Shown here: positions 29,599-37,506 of the stretch, piece by piece
How the letters are laid out: each line of letters opens with the position of its first letter
How positions within the stretch are numbered: the stretch's first letter is position 1
Assembly: GCA_965224705.1 (NCBI GenBank)
Contig: OZ245056.1
Coordinates: 800,001-864,000 of the forward strand
Direction: 5' to 3'
DNA: 64,000 nucleotides
From: Spirochaetaceae bacterium
GTDB lineage: Bacteria; Spirochaetota; Spirochaetia; DSM-2461
Notes under the pieces: generated by a model
Seen by the model: the letters and a program-made list of their open reading frames with translations, nothing else
The model's database searches: none
Told to the model about the DNA's origin: nothing
Program-made: the position numbers and the translations under genes

Positions 29599-29815
29599 GA
29601 TACAATGGATGCCTGCGAATTAACATAGTATTCTCAGTAATTACAGTTTCACCCGAAAAACACCTCAATACAGGAGCTTGATATAATTCCGAAAAAGTTA
29701 TATATTGTATGAAACCTGTTTCGAAACTTGTCTTTGCCAGCAGTACTCATCCCGCAGTCCTGTCTGAAAAGCCTCTTTTGAGGCAGGCGTTCAATATACC
29801 CGTTGGAGGATAATA

Positions 29816-30142
29816 ATGACTGAATTGCTCAATATCACAGATAAAGCACGAATACAACTCAAAAAGCTGGAAGTTAGCCAATCCAACTTCCTTCGCCTGT
29901 ACGTGGGAGATGGCGGCTGTTCCGGAATGTCGTATCAGGCCGTAATTGATGACAATGCAACTCCTCTGGATGTGCTGCTTTACAATGATGAAGAGATCAA
30001 AGTAGTGACTGACCAGTCAAGTCGGCAATACCTTGAAGGCATAACCATCGACTATGAAGATGACCTGGTGAAATCCGGATTCCGTTTCATCAATCCCAAT
30101 GCCGTTAAAACCTGCGGCTGCGGCGGTAGTTTTCAGGCTTGA
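29816..30142 (+). CDS. A-type Fe-S carrier (IscA/SufA/ErpA, HesB family)
   Basis: GGCSGMSY and NPNAVKTCGCGGSF motifs; GGAGG RBS. Confidence 0.93.
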   Translation: MTELLNITDKARIQLKKLEVSQSNFLRLYVGDGGCSGMSYQAVIDDNATPLDVLLYNDEEIKVVTDQSSRQYLEGITIDYEDDLVKSGFRFINPNAVKTCGCGGSFQA

Positions 30143-30363
30143 CGATGAGTGTACTGGACATCCAGGAACAACTCACCGGCGGTGAGTCTGTTTACTGCAT
30201 CAATCAGGCTCAAATGCGCCGCACACGCAGCATCATTGCTTCGGATGATGCCAGTGGTGAGAAAGTTCGCCGGACTGTTGAGGAAATGGAGAAAACTCTT
30301 TCGAGGAATGAACAGGCTGCGGTTGCGTTCAGCATTATTGAACGACTGAATACTCATCCGTAA
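30139..30363 (+). CDS. Small hypothetical protein
   Basis: 72-74-aa ORF overlapping or abutting the A-type carrier stop; protein-like composition. Confidence 0.55.
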   Translation: MTMSVLDIQEQLTGGESVYCINQAQMRRTRSIIASDDASGEKVRRTVEEMEKTLSRNEQAAVAFSIIERLNTHP

Positions 30364-30467
30364 ATTTATCCATCAATTGTATATGCGCTACATTTTTCAA
30401 GTAATAACTCATGAATTAAGTCTGCCAGTGTATTCAAGTTCCTGAAAACCATTATACTCGAAGAACC

Positions 30468-31490
30468 ATGAATGCAACTATTACGAAAAAACAAGTATTG
30501 GCCGCTCTGGCTACCGTAGAAGATCCTGATCTACATAAAGATCTTGTATCTCTTGGGTTCATAGAGGATCTAAAAATATCGGGCAATGAGGTATCATTCT
30601 CCGTCATCCTCACGACACCGGCCTGCCCCCTGAAGGATAAGATTCGTATGGATTGTCTTGATGCCCTGCACCGTGACATTCCAGGTATTGGTAAAATCAA
30701 TTTGACTTTCGGATCCAGAGTCCGAAGTGATACCAGGCTGGCTGATAAGCAGAACTGCCCCTTTAAGAATGTTATAGCTGTTGGAGCCGGTAAGGGTGGA
30801 GTTGGTAAATCCACAGTTGCCGTCAATCTTGCCGTGTCCCTTGCTGCCTCTGGTGCATCGGTTGGCCTGCTTGATGCTGATATCTACGGACCAAACATCC
30901 CTGCTCTGCTGAGAATTGATGAACCGCCCCGTCAAAACGGAGAGATGATCATCCCCGTCGAGAAGCATGGGTTGAAAATAATGAGCATGGGATTTCTAAT
31001 CCCTCGGGATCAGGCCCTTGTCTGGCGGGGCCCCATGATTAACGGTGCAATCAATCAGCTTTTAACCCAGGTTGCCTGGGGGGAATTGGACTATCTCGTT
31101 GTTGATCTTCCTCCGGGTACCGGGGATGCCCAGTTGAGTCTTGCTCAACAGCTTCCCATCACTGGGGCTGTTGTTGTCACAACTCCGCAAACTGTTTCTG
31201 TTGATGACACACGCCGGGGAATTGATGCTTTCAGGAAGCTTGATGTTCCCATATTGGGAGTTGTTGAGAATATGACTGGCCCTGTATTCGGATCGGGAGG
31301 AGGTGAGGCAGTAGCCAGAGAGATGGAAGTTGGCTTCCTTGGGCGTCTGCCTCTTGATACCTCTGTTTCCAGAGCCGGTGAAGCGGGTGTACCGTTTTTG
31401 CTGGATCATGCCGAAGATACAGTTCTCAATGCCTTTCGGAAAGTCGTCGGGAACGCTGCGTCGGCTGTGAGCATTCTAACCGCAGTATAG
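30468..31490 (+). CDS. apbC: Mrp/ApbC/NBP35 Fe-S carrier ATPase
   Basis: N-terminal DUF59 (EDPDL...LTTPACP), then GKGGVGKST, DADIYGP, WRGPM, DLPPGTGD and VVENM. Confidence 0.92.
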   Translation: MNATITKKQVLAALATVEDPDLHKDLVSLGFIEDLKISGNEVSFSVILTTPACPLKDKIRMDCLDALHRDIPGIGKINLTFGSRVRSDTRLADKQNCPFKNVIAVGAGKGGVGKSTVAVNLAVSLAASGASVGLLDADIYGPNIPALLRIDEPPRQNGEMIIPVEKHGLKIMSMGFLIPRDQALVWRGPMINGAINQLLTQVAWGELDYLVVDLPPGTGDAQLSLAQQLPITGAVVVTTPQTVSVDDTRRGIDAFRKLDVPILGVVENMTGPVFGSGGGEAVAREMEVGFLGRLPLDTSVSRAGEAGVPFLLDHAEDTVLNAFRKVVGNAASAVSILTAV

Positions 31491-31613
31491 AAAGAATTGA
31501 ACTATCCAGCCGCCGTATACATCCATTCTTTGTTTTTTAGGTCATGACAGTTTAACCCTGAGACTACTTGACTGGAAATATATTATCTGGCATCTTGATT
31601 CAATAAAATGAAA

Positions 31614-31662
31614 CTACTGTACTATTACAGTAGAACAATACGAATGTCTGATGTATCATCAG
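31614..31662. promoter_or_regulatory. Two palindromes upstream of the RND operon (candidate operators)
   Basis: CTACTGTA-ctat-TACAGTAG (31614-31633) and CTGATG-tat-CATCAG (31648-31662). Confidence 0.4.
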
Positions 31663-31695
31663 TAGCATAAATGCTGTTGGAATCGCAGCGGAATT

Positions 31696-31802
31696 CAAGG
31701 CGGCAAAAGCGGAGCGTAGCTGGGCTACGTGAGTATTCTGGCAACGCGGTAGCGGGAAAAAAGGGCAAAAATCGAGCCGTGAGGTGTAAGTCCGACAGGC
31801 TC
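31696..31802 (+). repeat. 5'-truncated copy of the structured repeat (copy 4)
   Basis: Runs from CAAGGCG through the central hairpin to the right TIR variant AAGTCCGACAGGCTC; left arm absent. Confidence 0.85.
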
Positions 31803-31818
31803 CAAGGAGTAAGGAATC

Positions 31819-32865
31819 ATGAAGAAATATATAGCTCTGACCTATATGGGCATTATTCTAATAGCAGGGTTGACCGGGTGTAATCGCTCAAACGATACAG
31901 GATTATCGGAGGAAGGAAGCTCTGAGCGAGTCTATGCAGTCAGTGTAATGACAGTAACTCCCGATACTTTTGTGGAATACGGGGAGTATATCGGTGAGGC
32001 CCGCGGCATAGCAGAGGTGAGTTTAACTGCTGGCGGCAAGGGTCGTGTAGAGAGCGTCTTTGCAGCCGAAGGTGACTCCGTCGCAAAGGGGCAGTCCCTG
32101 GCTGAAATTGATCCTGAGCAGGCAAGGGTGATGCACCAGACGGCCATTCTTAACGAAAACCTCGCCGAAAATACCTATGAGCGGGAGAAGAGTTTCCTCG
32201 AACAGGGAAACTCATTCCAGATTAAGGTCGATCAGGCCCATATCGCATGGATGCAGGCACGTACGGCATTACTGGATGCTGAACGTTTCCGGGAGGCATC
32301 GTTCGCAATAACACCAATTTCCGGAATTGTTGTACGCCGCTACATTGAACCCCATATCGAACTTGAAAGTGGCGACCCGACATTTGATGTTGCAGATCTC
32401 AGCCGTATCAGGATTACGGTCAATGTTCCTGAAACGGATATCACAGGAGTTCGGAAACTTGAAAAAGCCGAAGTTGTATTTCTGTCCTTCCCGGATCAGG
32501 TCTTTTCCGGCACTCCCACCGGATTTGCCCGCGCACGTTCTGATCAATCGCTGAGCTACGAAGTGCATGTGGTACTCAATAATCCTGATAATATGATTCT
32601 GTCGGGACAGACAGCACAGGTACGCCTGGCACTTCGCCAACTGCAGAATTCAATTACTGTGCCATCCCGGGTTTTGATAATACGGGAGAATGCTACTTAT
32701 GTCTTCGTTGTCCGTGATGGAACTGCCCATGAGGTTCAGGTATACACCGGAGTTACCAGCAATACCGAAACGGTTATTACAGCGGGGCTTTCTGACGGTG
32801 ATCAGATCGTAACCGAGGGATTAAACCGCCTTGCCGATGGTGCGTCGGTTGTGGTCAGCAATTAA
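31819..32865 (+). CDS. RND efflux periplasmic adaptor (MFP), lipoprotein
   Basis: Lipobox LTGC; lipoyl-like halves (EGDSVAKGQSL, ITPISGIV); GLSDGDQIVTEG. Confidence 0.9.
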   Translation: MKKYIALTYMGIILIAGLTGCNRSNDTGLSEEGSSERVYAVSVMTVTPDTFVEYGEYIGEARGIAEVSLTAGGKGRVESVFAAEGDSVAKGQSLAEIDPEQARVMHQTAILNENLAENTYEREKSFLEQGNSFQIKVDQAHIAWMQARTALLDAERFREASFAITPISGIVVRRYIEPHIELESGDPTFDVADLSRIRITVNVPETDITGVRKLEKAEVVFLSFPDQVFSGTPTGFARARSDQSLSYEVHVVLNNPDNMILSGQTAQVRLALRQLQNSITVPSRVLIIRENATYVFVVRDGTAHEVQVYTGVTSNTETVITAGLSDGDQIVTEGLNRLADGASVVVSN

Positions 32866-32878
32866 AAAGGATTTTTGT

Positions 32879-35800
32879 ATGGAACGTATGATACGGCTTT
32901 TTATTAATAAGCATATGGCGATATTTTCACTTTCAGTATTAATTGTAATTCTCGGAGTTATTTCCTATGTCACTCTTCCCCGGGAATCAACACCGGATAT
33001 TAAAATCCCCTACATCTATATTTCTACGGTTTACACAGGAGTGTCGGCAAGTGATATTGAATCACTCATCACAGAACCCATTGAAAACGAACTGGATGGT
33101 ATTGATGGACTGACAGCACTGACCAGCGAAAGTCGTCAGAATTTCTCATTCATCACAGCAGAGTTTTCTTCCGAAGTGAGCACGGAGGAGGCACTTCGCC
33201 GCACCAAGGACAGGGTGGATATTGCAAAGGCATCTCTTCCGAGTGATGCCGAAGAACCCAATGTCAGGGAAGTCAGTATTTCCGACTGGCCAGTGCTCAC
33301 GGTGGTTATTTCCCACTCCAGCGATGTTGGGGTGATCAGTTCAGCCGCAGAGCATATCAAAGATGAGCTCAAACATTTACCCGGTGTTCTTGAAGTGACC
33401 ATAGCCGGTAAACCTGACCGGGAACTGGCCATCGAACTCGATCCGTACAAGATGGCCTCGTATGGAATTTCTATTGATAACGTAAGAAATGCTGTCAGGA
33501 ATGAACATGTCACCATCCCCGGCGGAGTTCTCGATAATCAGGAAAGAAACTATTCGATAGCAGTAACAGGAGAAATAACCGAAGCATATCGATTTGGCGA
33601 CATCATGGTGGAGGGCAGAAATGGGGTCAGTGTTCCATTGAACAAAATTGCCCAGGTTACATTCCAGGAGGCCAAACGAAAGACCCGCTCACGTCTAAAC
33701 GGTGAAGCTGCAATCACCCTGGGAGTGAAGAAACGTATTGGCTCCAACATCCTTGACCTGGTGGATACTGCACGGACAAAACTTGCAGAAATGGAACCGA
33801 CATTACCAGTTGGGACAAAGGTTATTGTTACGTATGATGCCAGTCAATCCATCCGTGAAATGCTCGCTGATCTTGAGAATAATATGTTCTCAGGGTTTCT
33901 CTTTGTACTTATCGTCACTATTTTCTTCCTGGGATTTCGTAACAGTCTTTTTGTATCCATGGCAATTCCATTTTCAATGCTTCTTTCATTTTTCGTCCTT
34001 CAGATAATGGGGATCACCCTGAACATGATTGTCCTGTTCAGTCTGATCCTGGCCCTTGGGATGCTGGTTGACAATGGAATAGTGATCGTCGAGAACATCT
34101 ATCGTCACCAGACAATGGGCAAAACCCGCATTCAAGCTGCAATAGATGGAACTGGAGAGGTTGCCGCCCCCATTGCTGCAAGTACCCTTACAACACTTCT
34201 CGCCTTTTTTCCGATAAGTTTCATGCCGGGGATAATGGGCGAGTTTATGAGTTATCTCCCAAAAACAGTCATTGTTGTGCTGGCATCATCCCTCCTTGTT
34301 GCGCTGACCATCAACCCAACCTACTGTGCAAGTTTTTTGAAGGTCAGTAAGAAAGGTATAGAGGGAGGGGCCGTCTTTGCCCGTATTGAGAACTGGTATA
34401 CCCGGGTACTCACACGGGCAACCGCCCATGGCGGAAGGACTGTTTTGATTATTACCGGTATTGTAATAGCAGGTTTTGTAACATATGGGATGTTTTCCGC
34501 TGAGGTTATTTTCTTCCCTGAAATTGACCCGGAACGTGTACGCATTGATCTGGAGACGCCTCAGGGTACTCCTGTTGAAAGAACAAATAGGATTGTTCGC
34601 CAGGTGGAGGAGGCTATACCTGAAATCGAAATGTCGCTGGAGAATTTCACGGGAACGGCAGGTCAATCGGGTAGTGGTGATGTTGAAAGTCATCAGGGTG
34701 AAGTCACTATCAATTTCACCCCATTCGCAGAGCGTGAAATTCCTGGAGCAACAGCATTGAAGCGTATTCAGACATCAATGAACAAATTGGTGACCGGAGC
34801 CGTTTTCCAGGTCAGGTCAAGCGATTCAGGGCCATCCTCGGGAGATGATGTCTCGTACGAAATTCAAGGCGATGATTATAAGACTATAGGTGATATTACT
34901 GGTCGGATGATGGATGTCCTTCTGCCCCATGAAGCAGCATTCAAGATCATCGAGAATGACTACGAGGCAAATCTCCCCGAAATCCTTGTGAATATAGACC
35001 GGCAGCTGGCAGCACATTACGGGTTGAGTACCGCATCGGTTGCCAGTACTGTAAGGACAGCGATTACCGGTTCAAAGATAGGTGTGTTCCGATACGACGA
35101 TGAGGAATATGATATATCACTCAGGTACAGGGACAAAACAAGGGATTCGCTTCAAATGCTCCGCAACATAAAAATTGCTGCACCCGATGGACGGCTTGTT
35201 CCCCTCAGTCTTATTGCAGAAATCAATCCTCAATCAAGCGTCAGTGTTATTAAACGGCGTAATCTCAATAGAGCAGTCAGTGTTTCGGCTAATTTTCATC
35301 CCGGGAACAAAGAACGAAGCAATATCCTGGCAGCAATTGATGCGGAAGTAACAGCCCTGAAATCGGAGCTTCCCCCTGGGTACTCCATTGGCTCAGGAGC
35401 GGGATCCGATGTCCGCAGCGAATCCACTACATTTCTAATCCAGGCATTTGTTGTGGCTGTTTTTTTGATTTTTATCGTTTTAATCGCACAGTTTAACTCC
35501 CTGGCGGATGCATTCATTGTTATCTACGCTGTTTTTCTGAGTCTTGGCGGAGTCATGTGGGGTTTCGCTTTCGGGGGTGTCATTTCAAATCAGAATTTCA
35601 CCATCATCATGTCCGGGATCGGCTCCATTGCACTTGCAGGAGTGGCGGTCAATAACTGTATAGTCCTGGTCGATTACACCCATAAGCTTATACGCAGAGA
35701 AACATCATGGCGTGAAGCCGTGGTTCTTGCTGGCAAAACACGTCTCCGTCCGGTCATACTGACGGCTCTTACAACTATTCTGGCCCTGGTTCCAATGGCG

Positions 35801-35998
35801 GTGGGCGTGAGCTTTGATGTCCGTTCATTCAAAATCGTTGTCGGAAGCGAATCCTCCGAATTCTGGAAGTCATTTGCGTGGACAATGCTCTATGGACTGG
35901 CATTTGCAACGGTGACGACACTTATAGTTGTGCCTTCAATGCTGAGCATCAAGTATAGATTTCTGGAACGCAGGAAGGGTGTTGCGGCGGTTCACTAA
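32879..35998 (+). CDS. RND efflux permease (AcrB/AcrD/AcrF family)
   Basis: ~1040 aa; GMLVDNGIVIVENI and RLRPVILT motifs; two large periplasmic loops. Confidence 0.93.
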   Translation: MERMIRLFINKHMAIFSLSVLIVILGVISYVTLPRESTPDIKIPYIYISTVYTGVSASDIESLITEPIENELDGIDGLTALTSESRQNFSFITAEFSSEVSTEEALRRTKDRVDIAKASLPSDAEEPNVREVSISDWPVLTVVISHSSDVGVISSAAEHIKDELKHLPGVLEVTIAGKPDRELAIELDPYKMASYGISIDNVRNAVRNEHVTIPGGVLDNQERNYSIAVTGEITEAYRFGDIMVEGRNGVSVPLNKIAQVTFQEAKRKTRSRLNGEAAITLGVKKRIGSNILDLVDTARTKLAEMEPTLPVGTKVIVTYDASQSIREMLADLENNMFSGFLFVLIVTIFFLGFRNSLFVSMAIPFSMLLSFFVLQIMGITLNMIVLFSLILALGMLVDNGIVIVENIYRHQTMGKTRIQAAIDGTGEVAAPIAASTLTTLLAFFPISFMPGIMGEFMSYLPKTVIVVLASSLLVALTINPTYCASFLKVSKKGIEGGAVFARIENWYTRVLTRATAHGGRTVLIITGIVIAGFVTYGMFSAEVIFFPEIDPERVRIDLETPQGTPVERTNRIVRQVEEAIPEIEMSLENFTGTAGQSGSGDVESHQGEVTINFTPFAEREIPGATALKRIQTSMNKLVTGAVFQVRSSDSGPSSGDDVSYEIQGDDYKTIGDITGRMMDVLLPHEAAFKIIENDYEANLPEILVNIDRQLAAHYGLSTASVASTVRTAITGSKIGVFRYDDEEYDISLRYRDKTRDSLQMLRNIKIAAPDGRLVPLSLIAEINPQSSVSVIKRRNLNRAVSVSANFHPGNKERSNILAAIDAEVTALKSELPPGYSIGSGAGSDVRSESTTFLIQAFVVAVFLIFIVLIAQFNSLADAFIVIYAVFLSLGGVMWGFAFGGVISNQNFTIIMSGIGSIALAGVAVNNCIVLVDYTHKLIRRETSWREAVVLAGKTRLRPVILTALTTILALVPMAVGVSFDVRSFKIVVGSESSEFWKSFAWTMLYGLAFATVTTLIVVPSMLSIKYRFLERRKGVAAVH

Positions 35999-36002
35999 CC
36001 AG

Positions 36003-36163
36003 GAGTCTGTCGGACTTTGAGACTTCGAGGCGATTTCTGATGATTTTTTTCCGATACAAGGCGGCAAAAGCGGAGCGTAGCTGGGCTACGTGAGCATTTT
36101 GACAACGCAGTAGCGGGAAAAAAGGGCAGAAATCGAGCCGTGAGGCGTAAGTCCGACAGGCTC
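36003..36163 (+). repeat. ~161-bp structured TIR repeat, copy 5
   Basis: Full-length copy between the convergent RND and hisS genes; flanks CCAG/CTAG; the right flank contains the hisS stop. Confidence 0.92.
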
Positions 36164-37489
36164 CTAGGGAGTCTGGCGTAGAAGCTCAATTGCTTTCCCG
36201 GCAGCATCCATCAAACTCAGTCCATTGAAACTCACCCTATTATGCAGATCCTTGAGGTTCATAGTGTTCCCTTCTGCTTCATCAGGGCCTGCAATTATGG
36301 CAAGGGGGATGCCTTTGGCTTCGGCATATTTGAACTGAGCGGTGATTTTCTTAGCTTCGGGATAAACTTCAGCAGAAAGACCGGCCGCTCTGAAATCTCG
36401 TGCATAGCTCTGATACCTGGCAAGAAGGGATTCATCCAGCATTAGAATCAGAACATCCGTAACAGAGGTGCGTTTTTTTAGTTTTCCCAATTCATCCATC
36501 CCGGCCATAAGCCTGTCCAGACCAATGGAAGCCCCAACTCCACCAAGAGGTTCTTTCATGAAGAGTCCTGTGAGATTGTTGTACCGACCACCAGAACAGA
36601 CCGAACCAAGGCCGGGTAATTCGTTGAGGAAGGTTTCAAATACGATGCCGGTGTAGTAATCAAGGCCCCGGGTGATGGATGGGTCCAGGGTAAGGATGTG
36701 CTGCATTTGAAGCTCATCCACTGCGTTTAATATGGTGAGCATTCTACTATGGTCCTGATCGTTTTCAGTACTGGATAAAGCAGCCATTTTCTCAAGAGTT
36801 TCCCGGTTGCTTCCTGTCGGTGTGATGAAGTCCAGAAGGATATCAATATCCCTGGAGTTCATGAGATCTGTCAGCAGAATTCTCACTTCATTCCGCCCGA
36901 TTTTTGCCATCTTGTCAACGATGCGGAGTATTTCAGTACATTCGTTCTTTAAGCCCAGTCTGACTAAAAGTTTATTGAACAGTCCCCTGTGGCTGAACCG
37001 GATATGGGCAGTTCCAGCACCTGCGGCATGAATTCCATCGGCCATCATCAACATAATTTCCAGGTCTGCTGATGGGCTGTCTGTTCCCACGATGTCGAAG
37101 TCGCATTGGATGAATTCCCTGTATCGGCCCCGTTGTGTGTTTTCTCCCCGCCAGACCTTACCTATGTGATAGCGCTTGAAGGGCATGACCAGATCGGATC
37201 TATGGCTGGCAACATAGCGGGCGAAGGGAACTGTCAAATCAAAACGGAGGGCGACATCCCTGCCTCCATGGTCCGTGAACCGATAAGTCTGTTTGTCTGT
37301 TTCGCCGCCGCTCTTGGAGAGCAAAATCTCAGTATATTCCAGTGCGGGAGTATCGATTGGAGTATAACCGAAGGAAGTGAAATGCTTCTGCAGGAGTCCT
37401 ATAAGCTCCTGCCTGGGGATCTCAGCATCAGGCAGAAAATCTCTAAATCCCTTGAGAACTCTGGGTTGTATTATATCAGACATTTTCAT
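36164..37489 (-). CDS. hisS: Histidyl-tRNA synthetase
   Basis: KGFRDFLP, LRFDLTVPFAR, GRYREFIQCDFD, RGLDYYTG and GGRYNNL motifs. Confidence 0.97.
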   Translation of the reverse strand: MKMSDIIQPRVLKGFRDFLPDAEIPRQELIGLLQKHFTSFGYTPIDTPALEYTEILLSKSGGETDKQTYRFTDHGGRDVALRFDLTVPFARYVASHRSDLVMPFKRYHIGKVWRGENTQRGRYREFIQCDFDIVGTDSPSADLEIMLMMADGIHAAGAGTAHIRFSHRGLFNKLLVRLGLKNECTEILRIVDKMAKIGRNEVRILLTDLMNSRDIDILLDFITPTGSNRETLEKMAALSSTENDQDHSRMLTILNAVDELQMQHILTLDPSITRGLDYYTGIVFETFLNELPGLGSVCSGGRYNNLTGLFMKEPLGGVGASIGLDRLMAGMDELGKLKKRTSVTDVLILMLDESLLARYQSYARDFRAAGLSAEVYPEAKKITAQFKYAEAKGIPLAIIAGPDEAEGNTMNLKDLHNRVSFNGLSLMDAAGKAIELLRQTP

Positions 37490-37506
37490 TCCATATTATG
37501 GATCGA

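Noticed and set aside
29709..29813. 34-codon ORF or structured leader upstream of the A-type Fe-S carrier gene
   Set aside because: No RBS, no Cys or other sensing codons and no recognisable riboswitch; only a short GCCTC/GAGGC hairpin.
29816..30142. HesB-like selenoprotein
   Set aside because: All three conserved positions are Cys codons; there is no internal in-frame TGA.
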